Source: an uncultured Calditrichaceae bacterium
GTDB taxonomy: Bacteria; Calditrichota; Calditrichia; RBG-13-44-9
Reading direction: 5' to 3'
Assembly (NCBI GenBank): GCA_964387645.1
Contig: CAYLYM010000006.1
Span: 355 to 64,354, forward strand
DNA: 64,000 nucleotides
Shown here: positions 30,286-40,829 of the stretch, piece after piece
Position numbering within the stretch: position 1 is the first letter of the stretch
Layout: each line of letters starts with the position of its first letter
Translations under genes and position numbers: made by a program
The notes under the pieces: model-generated
Told to the model about the DNA's origin: nothing
Databases searched by the model: none
Seen by the model: only the letters and a program-made list of their open reading frames with translations

Positions 30286-31191
30286 ATGTCAAAAGAATCT
30301 CGAAGGCTTCAGATAATATCCAGACGTTTAACTACTCATCAACTCCGACGCTTACAAGGAATGGATATACCATTCGATTATACAAATTTTTTGGGAAGAG
30401 ATATTAGCCAACGTAGTTCTCCTTACTTTCTGGGATATTATTCATGCGAAGGAATAGAATATGCTCTGGAGACTTATGGATTCTTCAGCCAATTACGTAA
30501 AAGGGGATTAGACAACTTTATATTAGTAGTAAACACTGAGGATCCTTACAAACAACGTATTGCCCTTTATTATAATCAGAAGGATTCGGATCATCTTCTT
30601 GGAGAGTTGGTTGTTAAGCGTAAGAATATTACTATAAATCCTCCTTTTCCCAGCCGGGTTCTTGGACGCAATTTCGAAGTAATTTCTGTAGAATGGTTGT
30701 GTTTGCAAAATCCCGAAGCGTCTTTTACGCCAGATCGGCCCAGGCTTCCCGGACAAAAATACCCCGGGTTGAAGATGGGTTCGATGGTAATGGAGTTATT
30801 AATTATCATGTGTGGAAGGCTGAGAACGGCGGGTTTATTAAATATTCCCGAACATTTTCATAATGCCCAGATGTATGCACCACAATTCCGTTTTATTGAT
30901 CCATTATATGCTGGTAAACAAAAAGCTATTGCCCGCGATCTTCTTCCTAAATATCATTTGGCAGATGTTTCCTGGGCGATCGATCTCAAATGTGTAACCG
31001 AAAATCGGAAACCCTTTGAATGGTTTATATCGGAGCAAATCATTCCACTTGACCGTGATCTTAAAGAATATTTTAATAACAAATCCTATGTGAATTATGT
31101 GAACAAAGTGGCTGAACAATATCGTTATGAAATTGATGAAGAAAAATGGAATGTAAAGAAACAAGAAATAGATTATTTTACGGGTAGTTGA
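30286..31191 (+). CDS. Hypothetical protein (301 aa), co-oriented partner of the HDAC-family gene
   Basis: Long ORF starting 106 nt after the HDAC gene stop. No confidently recognisable domain. Confidence 0.5.
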   Translation: MSKESRRLQIISRRLTTHQLRRLQGMDIPFDYTNFLGRDISQRSSPYFLGYYSCEGIEYALETYGFFSQLRKRGLDNFILVVNTEDPYKQRIALYYNQKDSDHLLGELVVKRKNITINPPFPSRVLGRNFEVISVEWLCLQNPEASFTPDRPRLPGQKYPGLKMGSMVMELLIIMCGRLRTAGLLNIPEHFHNAQMYAPQFRFIDPLYAGKQKAIARDLLPKYHLADVSWAIDLKCVTENRKPFEWFISEQIIPLDRDLKEYFNNKSYVNYVNKVAEQYRYEIDEEKWNVKKQEIDYFTGS

Positions 31192-31718
31192 ATCTGTCAG
31201 TTTTGTTAAAAATTTTTAAGATCAAAAGTGAGTTCAATCTAAGAAGGAATTTTTATTTTAACCTGAGGCCAGCCGAAGGATTTTTATCTTATTAGAAAAT
31301 TAAATTAAGAGATTTTTTTTATTTATCTGTTGGTCTGTCCCCGACAAGTCGGAATTTTTGATTCATTACGACCTGTGACCAGACATCTTCTGCCCGAATT
31401 TCAAGATTGTTTGTAGCTTTAAACCACATCTTCTGGCTTAGAAATTGGTATATTTCATTCCGGGGCAAGCGCGTTTTTCCTGCATGATGATATGGATAGT
31501 AGAAGCGGCATCTTGCGGCGAATCAAAATTGTCCGAATGGTAAAGAAGTTTTCAGTTGCAAATTGGTATTGCTGTCCGTGGCTGAAAGCCATTTCTACTC
31601 TATGTCAATTGCCTGATAACACCCACCAAATTTTTATAAAATTAAAAATATATTTATTTTTATTTCCCTTCCATTTAAATTTCTTTTATTTTACGACTTT
31701 TTTCTGGAGGAGAAATTA

Positions 31719-32747
31719 ATGGTTCGCCAGTTGAACTGTAATGAATTGAAATTCGCTTTATATCCTCATGCTCATGAAATGGAGATGTACGAAAGTTATT
31801 ACCGCAATGGTCAGTGGGATGAAGGTACTATAGTTAATTACCATGATATTACTTTATCGCCAGCAGCCAATATTTTAAATTACGATCAGGGTATTTTTGA
31901 GGGATTGAAAGCTTTTTACAGCCAGAAGGGAAATATTATTTTGTTTCGTACCGAAGAAAATGCTAAAAGATTTGAGCGTATTGCCCGAAAATTAACCATT
32001 CCCGATTTTCCTGTAGAAAAGTTTTTGAAAGTGGTGGGAGAAGTAGTTCTAGCAAATAAAGATTTTATACCACATAGCCATGATGGACATTGCAGTTTAT
32101 ATATATGCCCGGTATGTATTGGAATTGAACCATTACTGGGTGTACGTGCTTCCACTGAGTATCTCTTCTATATTTTTGCCAGTCTAGTTGGACCCTATTT
32201 TGATATAGTCGGCATTATTCGGCTGGTTGCTAAAGAAGTTGATCTAGCCAGTCCACATGGAACTGGCGACGCCAAAGCAGTGTGTAATTACCCGGTGACC
32301 ATGCGTCCTAAGAAAGAAGTATTAGCTGAAGGATTTAATTATGTTATATACTTAGACCCATTTGAAAGTAAATATATCGAAGAGGCTGGAGCTGCAAATT
32401 TTTTCGCTTTAATTGAAGGCGAAATCCTGGTAATCCCACCTTTAGGATCAATTCTTCCTGGTATAATCAGAGATTCGGTTATTAGTTTAGCGCGGGATTT
32501 TTACGGAATGAAAGTAGAGAAGAGAAATTTAAGTATGGAGGGAACGGTAAAACGAGCTAAAGAATGTTTCGTCACCAGAACAGCGGCCATTATCACATCA
32601 GTAAGCCACATTGGGTGGAAAGGCCAGGTGTACGATGTAAACAGAAACGATTATAGATTAGCACATAAACTTTATAACAAACTTATCAATATTCAACTCC
32701 AAGAGGAAGAATATCCCTTCGGGTGGGTAACTATTTTAGAATCATAA
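31719..32747 (+). CDS. Class-IV (fold-type IV) aminotransferase, long divergent BCAT-like paralog
   Basis: GIFEGLKAFY...LFRTEENAKRFERIARKL and C-terminal PGIIRDSVISLAR motifs. 342 aa. Confidence 0.7.
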   Translation: MVRQLNCNELKFALYPHAHEMEMYESYYRNGQWDEGTIVNYHDITLSPAANILNYDQGIFEGLKAFYSQKGNIILFRTEENAKRFERIARKLTIPDFPVEKFLKVVGEVVLANKDFIPHSHDGHCSLYICPVCIGIEPLLGVRASTEYLFYIFASLVGPYFDIVGIIRLVAKEVDLASPHGTGDAKAVCNYPVTMRPKKEVLAEGFNYVIYLDPFESKYIEEAGAANFFALIEGEILVIPPLGSILPGIIRDSVISLARDFYGMKVEKRNLSMEGTVKRAKECFVTRTAAIITSVSHIGWKGQVYDVNRNDYRLAHKLYNKLINIQLQEEEYPFGWVTILES

Positions 32748-32811
32748 TGGTCCTATTGTTTTAGCAAAGAAAAGAGATAAGTATTCATTATATTAAATTT
32801 TGGAGGATTTT

Positions 32812-33741
32812 ATGGAAGTTAATAAAGGATTGGCTGAAAAGATATGGCATAATGGAAAATTCATTAATTGGGATGATGCAAAAATACATGTGATGTCGCA
32901 TGTAGTTCATTATGGTACAGCAGTTTTTGAAGGGATTCGTTGCTATAAAAATAAAAACGGAAGTGCCATCTTCCGGCTTCAAGAACATATAAAAAGGTTG
33001 TTGAATTCGGCTAAAATATATCGGATGGTCCCGGAAGAATTTTCTGAAGAAGACCTTATTCAGGCCTGTATGGAGGCGGTAAAAATAAATCGGTTTGAAG
33101 AATGCTATATTCGTCCAGTCATTTTTCGCGGTTTGGGTGAATTTGGTGTGAATCCTTTGAATTCTCCCATCGAGACATTTATCGTTACCTGGTATTGGGG
33201 AAAATATTTGGGACCTGAAGCCCTAGAACGTGGAGTAGAAGTGATGGTTTCCTCCTGGAATCGTATGGCACCAAATACTCTTCCGACTCTGGCAAAAGCT
33301 GGTGCTAATTATATGAACTCACAGTTAATTAAAATGGAAGCTATAGTTAATGGTTATGTAGAGGGGATAGCTCTGGATTCTTCTGGATACGTATCCGAGG
33401 GAAGTGGAGAAAATATTTTTGTGGTAAAAGATAATAAAATTTATACACCGCCTTTGTCAGCTTCTGTTTTACCAGGTATTACACGCGATAGTATAATGAA
33501 GCTTTGTCATGATCTGGGTATTGAAGTTACAGAAATGATGATTCCTCGAGAAATGCTTTATATTTCGGATGAAGTTTTTTTTACCGGGACTGCTGCAGAA
33601 ATTACGCCGATTAGTTCCATTGATAAAATTCCCATTGGTGAAGCCAGGCGAGGTCCCATTACCAAGAAGTTACAAGATGAATTTTTTAGTATCATTAATG
33701 GAGAAAAAGAGGACCGTTACGGCTGGCTACAATATATTTGA
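32812..33741 (+). CDS. ilvE: Branched-chain amino acid aminotransferase
   Basis: [14 protein letters not shown]...[10 protein letters not shown]...[26 protein letters not shown] at 32812 preferred over the upstream TTG. Confidence 0.85.
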   Translation: MEVNKGLAEKIWHNGKFINWDDAKIHVMSHVVHYGTAVFEGIRCYKNKNGSAIFRLQEHIKRLLNSAKIYRMVPEEFSEEDLIQACMEAVKINRFEECYIRPVIFRGLGEFGVNPLNSPIETFIVTWYWGKYLGPEALERGVEVMVSSWNRMAPNTLPTLAKAGANYMNSQLIKMEAIVNGYVEGIALDSSGYVSEGSGENIFVVKDNKIYTPPLSASVLPGITRDSIMKLCHDLGIEVTEMMIPREMLYISDEVFFTGTAAEITPISSIDKIPIGEARRGPITKKLQDEFFSIINGEKEDRYGWLQYI

Positions 33742-34400
33742 TTAGAAAAACCAAGGGATTAATATGTGGTTGATTTAGATTATATTTACAGTAAGTTAGA
33801 AATTTTTTTGTCGATATGAGCCATTTTAATATGGATTTTTTAGTCAGCTAGAGTATAATCGAAGGGGCATTCTGAGCCAATTCGAAGGACTTCTAATTTG
33901 AAAGTTTTTAAATAAAAATAAACCGCAGAGGGCGAATAATAGAGTGAATTAAAATTCGTAAAAAAACCGAATCCTTTGATTGAATGATCTGTGAAGTAGA
34001 AAAAGTTGTTATGGGATGATTTTCCGATGGCCTTCGGTAAGTAAGGAGTTGGTGAAGTATATTTTTAAAAGGGAGATCCTTTAAAAATATACTTGCTTTT
34101 TTACATAACAAACGCAAAGGCACAAAGATTTTTTGTAAAATAATTTTGAAATATAAAATAGCCATAAATATTTATTTGTCATTCTATAATTTTTCAAAGC
34201 TTTAAATTTTATTAAAATAATAGATCATCCTCTTTCCGCCACAGCCAGGCAGGATTTCGTTCAAAGTGATATTTGTGGAAAACCTGTCTTTTTAGAGTGG
34301 ATCCATATTGTTATTATTTTACCTTCAAAATATTCAAAGAATATTCAAAATATTTTGTTTTCTTTTATGAAATTTGCTTTTCAATTGATCTTTACTCTTG

Positions 34401-35696
34401 TTAAAGCTCAGGTCGTAGTTTACGTAGCTCTTCGTTTCCTAATTCAAGACCGTTTGCCTTTTCTCCAGTTTCTTCTCTGCGAAGTAAGTAGGCAAAAATC
34501 AAGCCCAGGAATCCTGTGATAGAGAATAACCACATTCCAAGAGAATAATCAGTCAAGCCATTAACAGTGCTAATATCGTTCGCCCAACCTATGAGGAAAT
34601 TAAAGAGGGTTAAACCCATATTTTGTATCATGGTCATTAATCCGTAAGCTGTTCCCAATTTTTTTTCTTCCACAATGAGGGCGACCGATGGCCACATAGC
34701 AGCGGGTACTAACGAAAAGGCCAGACCCATGACGGCGGTCATCCAACGTGGATCAATGGGCATATAAGCCATAACCAGATATACTGGAACAATCATTAAC
34801 GATCCCAGTATCATCAAACTGGCCCTTTTACCTTTACGATCGATAAAATAACCAAACAAAGGAGTACCTACCATCGATCCTAACGTGATGACACTGGAAG
34901 CAAATCCTGCAGCTCCACGGCTTAAACCGTGATGTTCCATAAAAAATTTAACGGCAAATGTCTGGAAAGGAAAAATCGCCGAATAGAAAGTGACACATAA
35001 AAGAGTAATATACCAGAAAGATGGTTTGAAGCTGAAAATCTCAGACAGGATAATTTTGTCCTGTTTTTGTTCTTCTGGCATTTCAAAGATTCGCCGCGCC
35101 CTGATGTCAAGTAGAATGTAAATGATAACTGAAAAAACAGATACTACTGCCATTGTAGATGAAATAAGCAGTGGCGCCTGCCAGCTTTGGTACAAATCTT
35201 TGGCCCAGGTTGGAGAGTTGAGTGCAGCAAATGAACCCAACCGAGCGATTGTTAAATTTAATCCAAACGCTAACGATAATTCTTTTCCTTTGAACCATTT
35301 TGCCAATACAGTAGTGATGGCTACGATGAGAGACTCTGAACCCAGACCGAAAACCAATCGCCCAGCCGCCATTACTACTAAACTTCCACCACTAAAAGTT
35401 GTCATCAGAGTTCCAATCATACACAATGCAGAAAAAAGGAATGCCGATTTTTTAGTACCTATGCGGTCGATAATTAGTCCACCAATGAGAACCATAAAAA
35501 TATTGGGTAAACTATAGATACCATTGAGCAATCCAATATTACTATCAGAGAAACCTAATTGTTTTTTCAAAAGGTCTGCAAGAGGACTGATACTGTCGTA
35601 AACATAATAATTGCCAAACATTGCCAGACTTATAAAAACCAACACTGACCAGCGGAGAAATGGTGTGGGTTCTTTCTTTTGAAAATCCGAATTCAT
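34401..35696 (-). CDS. MFS transporter
   Basis: 12-TM profile with GxxxDRxGxK-like loop GLIIDRIGTKK. Confidence 0.8.
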   Translation of the reverse strand: MNSDFQKKEPTPFLRWSVLVFISLAMFGNYYVYDSISPLADLLKKQLGFSDSNIGLLNGIYSLPNIFMVLIGGLIIDRIGTKKSAFLFSALCMIGTLMTTFSGGSLVVMAAGRLVFGLGSESLIVAITTVLAKWFKGKELSLAFGLNLTIARLGSFAALNSPTWAKDLYQSWQAPLLISSTMAVVSVFSVIIYILLDIRARRIFEMPEEQKQDKIILSEIFSFKPSFWYITLLCVTFYSAIFPFQTFAVKFFMEHHGLSRGAAGFASSVITLGSMVGTPLFGYFIDRKGKRASLMILGSLMIVPVYLVMAYMPIDPRWMTAVMGLAFSLVPAAMWPSVALIVEEKKLGTAYGLMTMIQNMGLTLFNFLIGWANDISTVNGLTDYSLGMWLFSITGFLGLIFAYLLRREETGEKANGLELGNEELRKLRPEL

Positions 35697-36148
35697 AAGT
35701 TTTCACCTTTTTTTATTTAATTAGTTTTCAAGAATTTAAAAAATACACGCAAATTTATCGAAAAAACAAGTAAGAATTTATAATTCACAAAATTTTAAAA
35801 TAATTATGAAGAAATAAAATTAAAATATTATTTTATAATGATTAAAAAAAGCATGGTGTAAATTTATGGTTTTTATAGTAATTTTGGAGAGATCAGATTT
35901 TAATTTGGATAAAATCAGGTTATTTGTGAATAGAAATTTGAGGAGTGAATAACTTTAGTATTAGATGTAGATATAAAAAAATAAAGTTATTAATTATAAA
36001 TTATTAAAGTTCATCAGGAATCATTTAAAAATATTCAGTATATGATATTCGATATATAATTGGGAAATTTTTCTACTTGATCTCACTGGTTTTTCAACCG
36101 ATTTTTTAATTAAATTGTTTTTTAAGTATAAAAATTTGATGACTTGAT

Positions 36149-36553
36149 ATGAAATTATCTAATAATAACAAAAAATCTAGATTATTGCTAAATGTTACAC
36201 CTCTCATAGATGTACTTTTCATCTTGATCATATTTTTTGCAGTTTCTTCAACATTCCTGGAGCAACCGGGTATCAAGTTAGCTTTACCGGAGGCTAAAAA
36301 GACGGATTTACAGAAAATTGAAAAAGCGGTATTGTTTATTACCAGTGATCAGAAATTGTTATTTCGTAATAAAGAGATTACTCTGGAAAATTTAGGTCCT
36401 ATTTTAAAAGATGCTATGGAACAGAGTTTGGATCAGACGTTAATCATCAACGCAGACAAAACAGTTCCCCATGGACTGGTGGTTAAGGTGATGGATATTG
36501 CTCGCCAAAATGGAGTTTTGAAGCTGGTAGTAGCAACTGAACAAAAGAAATAA
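36149..36553 (+). CDS. Biopolymer transport protein ExbD/TolR
   Basis: LNVTPLIDVLFILIIFF TM segment plus periplasmic domain. 134 aa. Confidence 0.8.
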   Translation: MKLSNNNKKSRLLLNVTPLIDVLFILIIFFAVSSTFLEQPGIKLALPEAKKTDLQKIEKAVLFITSDQKLLFRNKEITLENLGPILKDAMEQSLDQTLIINADKTVPHGLVVKVMDIARQNGVLKLVVATEQKK

Positions 36554-36592
36554 TGGCTGCCTGGTTATGATTTAAAGTTATATTTTACTGGA

Positions 36593-37702
36593 ATGAAAGA
36601 TAAAAATATATTTAATGAAGAAATTGGACATTTTGAGATTCAAGAGCGTTTTCTGCAATCAATCCGTTTTAATCGATTGTCTCATGCCTATCTTTTTTAT
36701 GGTAATGAGGGTGTTGGTAAAGAAGCTTTTGCAATTGAATTGGCCAAACTGTTGAACTGTGAGAAAGGGCCACTTTATATTTGTCAGAAATGTTCTTCTT
36801 GTGTCAAAATAAACCATTTACAGCATCCTGATTTAAAATTTGTTTTTCCCTTTCCTGGTGCCAATCAGGTTAAATCGGATGAAATTTCGGATGCTCTGGC
36901 TTTGAAGGCGCAAAATCCCTTTCGCCGGATCGTTTTTCCTGGAAAAAATACTTTTATTTCAATTGATACCATTCGTGAACTCAAGCAAGAAGCCAGGTAC
37001 AAACTTTACGAGGGCAAAAAAAAGGTCTTCATAATTAGCGAAGCGGATGAAATGCGACCAGAAGCTGCCAATGCTCTCCTTAAGCTCTTAGAGGAACCGC
37101 CAGATAATCTTATGTTAATTTTGATTACTTCACGGCTGCATCGTATATTGCCGACTATCCGATCCCGTTGCCAGCTTATTTATTTTCCGCCGCTGGAAAA
37201 TGATGTAATACTTCGAATTATCAAAAAGTACCATACCCCTCTGTCCGAAAATTTGTCTCATATTATTAGATTAGCACTTAAAAATATTAAATTAGCTTTC
37301 GATTTTATTGAAGATAATGTATTGGATAAAAGAGAGCAGTCCATTGAATATCTTCGTAAAGTGGTGGTTATTCAAAAATCCCATGATCTAATGTCTGAAA
37401 TTGAAAAAATGACTATGTCGAAAGACCGTCGGGAAATGCGGTTAATCCTTTTTTTTCTACTAACCTGGTTTCGGGACGCTTATCATTTAAAGACCAAAGG
37501 AAGAGAGGCTTCCTTAATTAATCTTGATAAAGAAAGCAACATTAAGGGCTTTGTACATGGATATCCGAAGGCTGATTATCAAAATCTCATAAACGAGGTA
37601 CAGAAAGCAATGAAAGATCTCGAAGACCCAAGAAATTTAAATCCAACATTGATTTTTACAAACCTCGCTATTAAACTTAATAAATTTATAAAAAATAATT
37701 AA
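36593..37702 (+). CDS. holB: DNA polymerase III delta-prime subunit
   Basis: HAYLFYGNEGVGKEAFA P-loop-like motif, zinc module CEKGPLYICQKCSSC, sensor FIISEAD. Confidence 0.85.
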   Translation: MKDKNIFNEEIGHFEIQERFLQSIRFNRLSHAYLFYGNEGVGKEAFAIELAKLLNCEKGPLYICQKCSSCVKINHLQHPDLKFVFPFPGANQVKSDEISDALALKAQNPFRRIVFPGKNTFISIDTIRELKQEARYKLYEGKKKVFIISEADEMRPEAANALLKLLEEPPDNLMLILITSRLHRILPTIRSRCQLIYFPPLENDVILRIIKKYHTPLSENLSHIIRLALKNIKLAFDFIEDNVLDKREQSIEYLRKVVVIQKSHDLMSEIEKMTMSKDRREMRLILFFLLTWFRDAYHLKTKGREASLINLDKESNIKGFVHGYPKADYQNLINEVQKAMKDLEDPRNLNPTLIFTNLAIKLNKFIKNN

Positions 37703-37717
37703 TCGAAAGCTTGAGGC

Positions 37718-38533
37718 ATGTCTGTGCCTTCTAATTTAGTTGAAGTTGCATTTAAAGGGAATCGTACAGGAATATATGTAAATCCCATAGATATTCAGGT
37801 AAAGCCTGGTAATTATGTGATTGTTGAGGCCGAAAGAGGAGAAGATCTGGGAATGGTCATTGCGCTGGGTAGAGTGGTTTCTTTAAAAGAAATGAAAACC
37901 GAACCGTTGAAATTGATGCGTTTGGCAACGCCGAATGATTTAGAAAAATTAGCGCAAAATCGCCAAGACGAAGAAAAAGCTTTTCAGGTTTGTAAAGAAA
38001 AAATTGCTCAACATGATCTGAATATGAAATTAGTGGATGTTGAATACCAATTCGATCGCAATAAGATTACTTTTTATTTTACTTCAGATCAACGAGTGGA
38101 TTTCCGGCAACTGGTGCGCGATTTAGCTGCAGTTTACCGTACGCGGATTGAACTTCGCCAGATTGGTGTGAGAGATGAAGCAAAACGCATAGGAGGGTAT
38201 GGTACCTGTGGATATAGATTATGTTGTGCCACATTTATGCGGGCATTCGAAACCATCACAACACAGTATGCCAAAGAACAATTGCTTCCCATGAATCCGT
38301 CCAAACTTTCTGGAGTGTGTGGCCGGTTAAAGTGTTGTTTGGCATTTGAGAAAGTATTTTATATGGAAGAATTAGAGAAGTACCCGGTTATTGATCATCC
38401 AGTTAGAACTCCACAGGGAGAAGGTGTGGTAGAAAAAATTGATATTTTCCATGGAACAATTTATGTCCGTTTCCCTAATGAAGAAATTGAAAAATTTACC
38501 CTTAACCAGATAGAAAAGATAGAAGTTGAATAA
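37718..38533 (+). CDS. PSP1 C-terminal domain protein (YaaT/RicT-like)
   Basis: PSP1 core with Cys cluster CGYRLCCATF...CGRLKCCLAFE. Conserved position downstream of holB. Confidence 0.8.
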   Translation: MSVPSNLVEVAFKGNRTGIYVNPIDIQVKPGNYVIVEAERGEDLGMVIALGRVVSLKEMKTEPLKLMRLATPNDLEKLAQNRQDEEKAFQVCKEKIAQHDLNMKLVDVEYQFDRNKITFYFTSDQRVDFRQLVRDLAAVYRTRIELRQIGVRDEAKRIGGYGTCGYRLCCATFMRAFETITTQYAKEQLLPMNPSKLSGVCGRLKCCLAFEKVFYMEELEKYPVIDHPVRTPQGEGVVEKIDIFHGTIYVRFPNEEIEKFTLNQIEKIEVE

Positions 38534-40616
38534 AAAGGAAGGAATGTTTGGAGTGGATGAAAAGAAAAAATATTTGATTACCAGCGCTCTCCCTTATGCT
38601 AATGGGCCCTTACATTTAGGACATTTGGCAGGAGCTTATTTACCAGGAGATATATATGCTCGTTACTGCCGGTTGAAAAAAAGAGATACCCTTTACGTTT
38701 GTGGCTCTGATGAACACGGCGTTCCCATTATGCTTCGGGCACGAGCTGAGGGTGTCTCTCCGCAGGAGGTTGTCAACCGTTATCATGCCATGAATGAAGA
38801 AAGTTTTAGAAAATTTGGTATGTCCTTCGATCATTATGGACGGACATCATTGCCGATACATTACCAGACCAGTCAGGATTTTTTTCGTAAATTGGCTGAA
38901 AAAAATTTGTTTATTCTTAAATCAGATAAGCAACTTTATGATCCAGAAGCAAAAATATTTTTGGCAGATCGCTTTGTCCGTGGAACTTGTCCGGTATGTC
39001 AGTATGAGGACGCTTATGGAGATCAGTGTGAAAAATGTGGATCATCTTTGAGTCCATCGGATTTAATCAATCCACGTAGTGCTATCACCAATGCTAAGCC
39101 CATCCTTAAGGAAAGTACGCACTGGTATTTGCCCCTTGCTAAATTTCAAAAACGATTGGAAGAATGGATTGCCACCCATCCGGAGTGGCGGCCTAATGTA
39201 CAGGGGCAAATTCAAAGTTGGCTTAAAGACGGTTTAAAAGATAGAGCAGTAACTCGCGATTTGCCGTGGGGAATTCCTGTTCCTGCCGATGTTGCCGAAA
39301 AAGCTGGTGTAAATGCTACAGGTAAGGTGATTTATGTTTGGTTTGAGGCGCCTATCGGGTATATATCAGCTACCAAAGAATGGGCGATAAAGCAAGGTGA
39401 TCCTGATCTCTGGAAAAAATATTGGTTAGATAAAAATACTCATCTGGTCCATTTCATCGGTAAGGACAATATTGTTTTCCATTGTCTTATTTTCCCGGCT
39501 ATGTTGATGGGTCATGGAGATTTTGTCCTTCCCGCGAATGTACCTGCGAATGAATTTTTGAACATAAAAGGATTAAAATTTTCGACCAGCCGCGGCATTG
39601 CTCTCTGGGTGGATGATTTCTTGAAAAAGTATCCTGCCGATTCTTTAAGGTATACACTTGCCAAGAATATGCCGGAAACCCGAGATGCTGATTTTTCCTG
39701 GGAAGAATTTCAGGCCAGACACAACAACGAATTAGCAGATATACTGGGCAATTTCGTTAATCGGACGCTTACTTTTATACATAATTATTTTAATGGAAAA
39801 TTGCCCAGAGCAGGTAAGATGGACGATCTAGATCAGGAATTGCTCAATTTGTTAAAAAATAGCAAAGATGAAATCGGCTACCAGATTGACCATTTTCAAT
39901 TTAAAGAAGCTACTCGTTTGTTTATGGATGTGGTACGATTCGCCAATAAATATTTTAATGATCAGGAGCCCTGGAAAACCCGGAAAGAAAATCCTGAAAA
40001 ATGTGCCACTACTTTGAATCTTTGCACTCAAACGGTCCATTCCCTGGCTATTTTAATGAATCCATTGTTGCCATTTACTTCGGCAAAAATTTGGAAGATG
40101 CTAAATCTGGAAGGTAAACCTGAAGATGCCAATTGGGATGATATTGGTTTATTAAATTTAAATGAAGGACATTGCTTAAATAAACCTGAAATCTTGTTTG
40201 AAAAGATCCCGGATAAGGTTATTCAAGAGGAAATTGAGAATATGCAGAAGATGTCAGAAAAAGCGGCAGCGCCAGAAAAAAAAGAAGCTGTTGAGTTTAT
40301 CTCAATTAAAGATTTTCAAAAAGTTCAATTAAAGACTGGAAAAATTTTAACGGCTGAGCGTATTAAGGGTGCAAATAAACTACTGAAATTGAAGGTACAG
40401 GTTGGTGAGGAAGAGAGACAATTAGTTGCGGGAATTGCTCAACATTACTCACCGGAAGAACTGCCAGGAAAAAACATTATCATTGTAGCCAACCTGAAGC
40501 CCGCTAAAATTCGCGGCATCGAATCACAGGGTATGCTTCTGGCCGTTCAGGATGATAACCGATTGGTACTTTTAACAACTGACAAAGAAGTATCCTCTGG
40601 AAAGCCTGTGAGTTAA
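38526..40616 (+). CDS. metG: Methionine--tRNA ligase with C-terminal tRNA-binding (EMAP-like) domain
   Basis: HLGH and KFSTS class-I motifs. Zinc knuckle CPVCQ...CEKCG. C-terminal OB-fold domain. Confidence 0.95.
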   Translation: MNKKEGMFGVDEKKKYLITSALPYANGPLHLGHLAGAYLPGDIYARYCRLKKRDTLYVCGSDEHGVPIMLRARAEGVSPQEVVNRYHAMNEESFRKFGMSFDHYGRTSLPIHYQTSQDFFRKLAEKNLFILKSDKQLYDPEAKIFLADRFVRGTCPVCQYEDAYGDQCEKCGSSLSPSDLINPRSAITNAKPILKESTHWYLPLAKFQKRLEEWIATHPEWRPNVQGQIQSWLKDGLKDRAVTRDLPWGIPVPADVAEKAGVNATGKVIYVWFEAPIGYISATKEWAIKQGDPDLWKKYWLDKNTHLVHFIGKDNIVFHCLIFPAMLMGHGDFVLPANVPANEFLNIKGLKFSTSRGIALWVDDFLKKYPADSLRYTLAKNMPETRDADFSWEEFQARHNNELADILGNFVNRTLTFIHNYFNGKLPRAGKMDDLDQELLNLLKNSKDEIGYQIDHFQFKEATRLFMDVVRFANKYFNDQEPWKTRKENPEKCATTLNLCTQTVHSLAILMNPLLPFTSAKIWKMLNLEGKPEDANWDDIGLLNLNEGHCLNKPEILFEKIPDKVIQEEIENMQKMSEKAAAPEKKEAVEFISIKDFQKVQLKTGKILTAERIKGANKLLKLKVQVGEEERQLVAGIAQHYSPEELPGKNIIIVANLKPAKIRGIESQGMLLAVQDDNRLVLLTTDKEVSSGKPVS

Positions 40617-40829
40617 AGTTTATAAAATATAAAAAATACTTTAATTATAAAAACCTGGCTTCGCAGGCCGGGTTATTATTTAGATCGAAAGACATTGGCT
40701 TTGAATTTAATCAACAATTCGAAAAGGCTTTAGTTTTAATATGTAAATCCAGAAATGTGTTAGTAGATATTTTCTAAAACATAATATCAGAATTGTCTGA
40801 AAAAGCGATTTATGCAATCGAAGTCAATT

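Noticed and set aside
31192-31718. T-box riboswitch upstream of ilvE-like genes
   Set aside because: The conserved T-box sequence (AATTAGGGTGGNACCGCG-like) is not present. Only a generic long leader could be supported.
31492-31719. 75-aa ORF in the aminotransferase leader
   Set aside because: Low-complexity, Phe-rich tail, no RBS. Region more plausibly a regulatory leader.
35122-35517. 131-aa ORF antisense to the MFS transporter
   Set aside because: Embedded antisense in a strongly supported membrane-protein gene.
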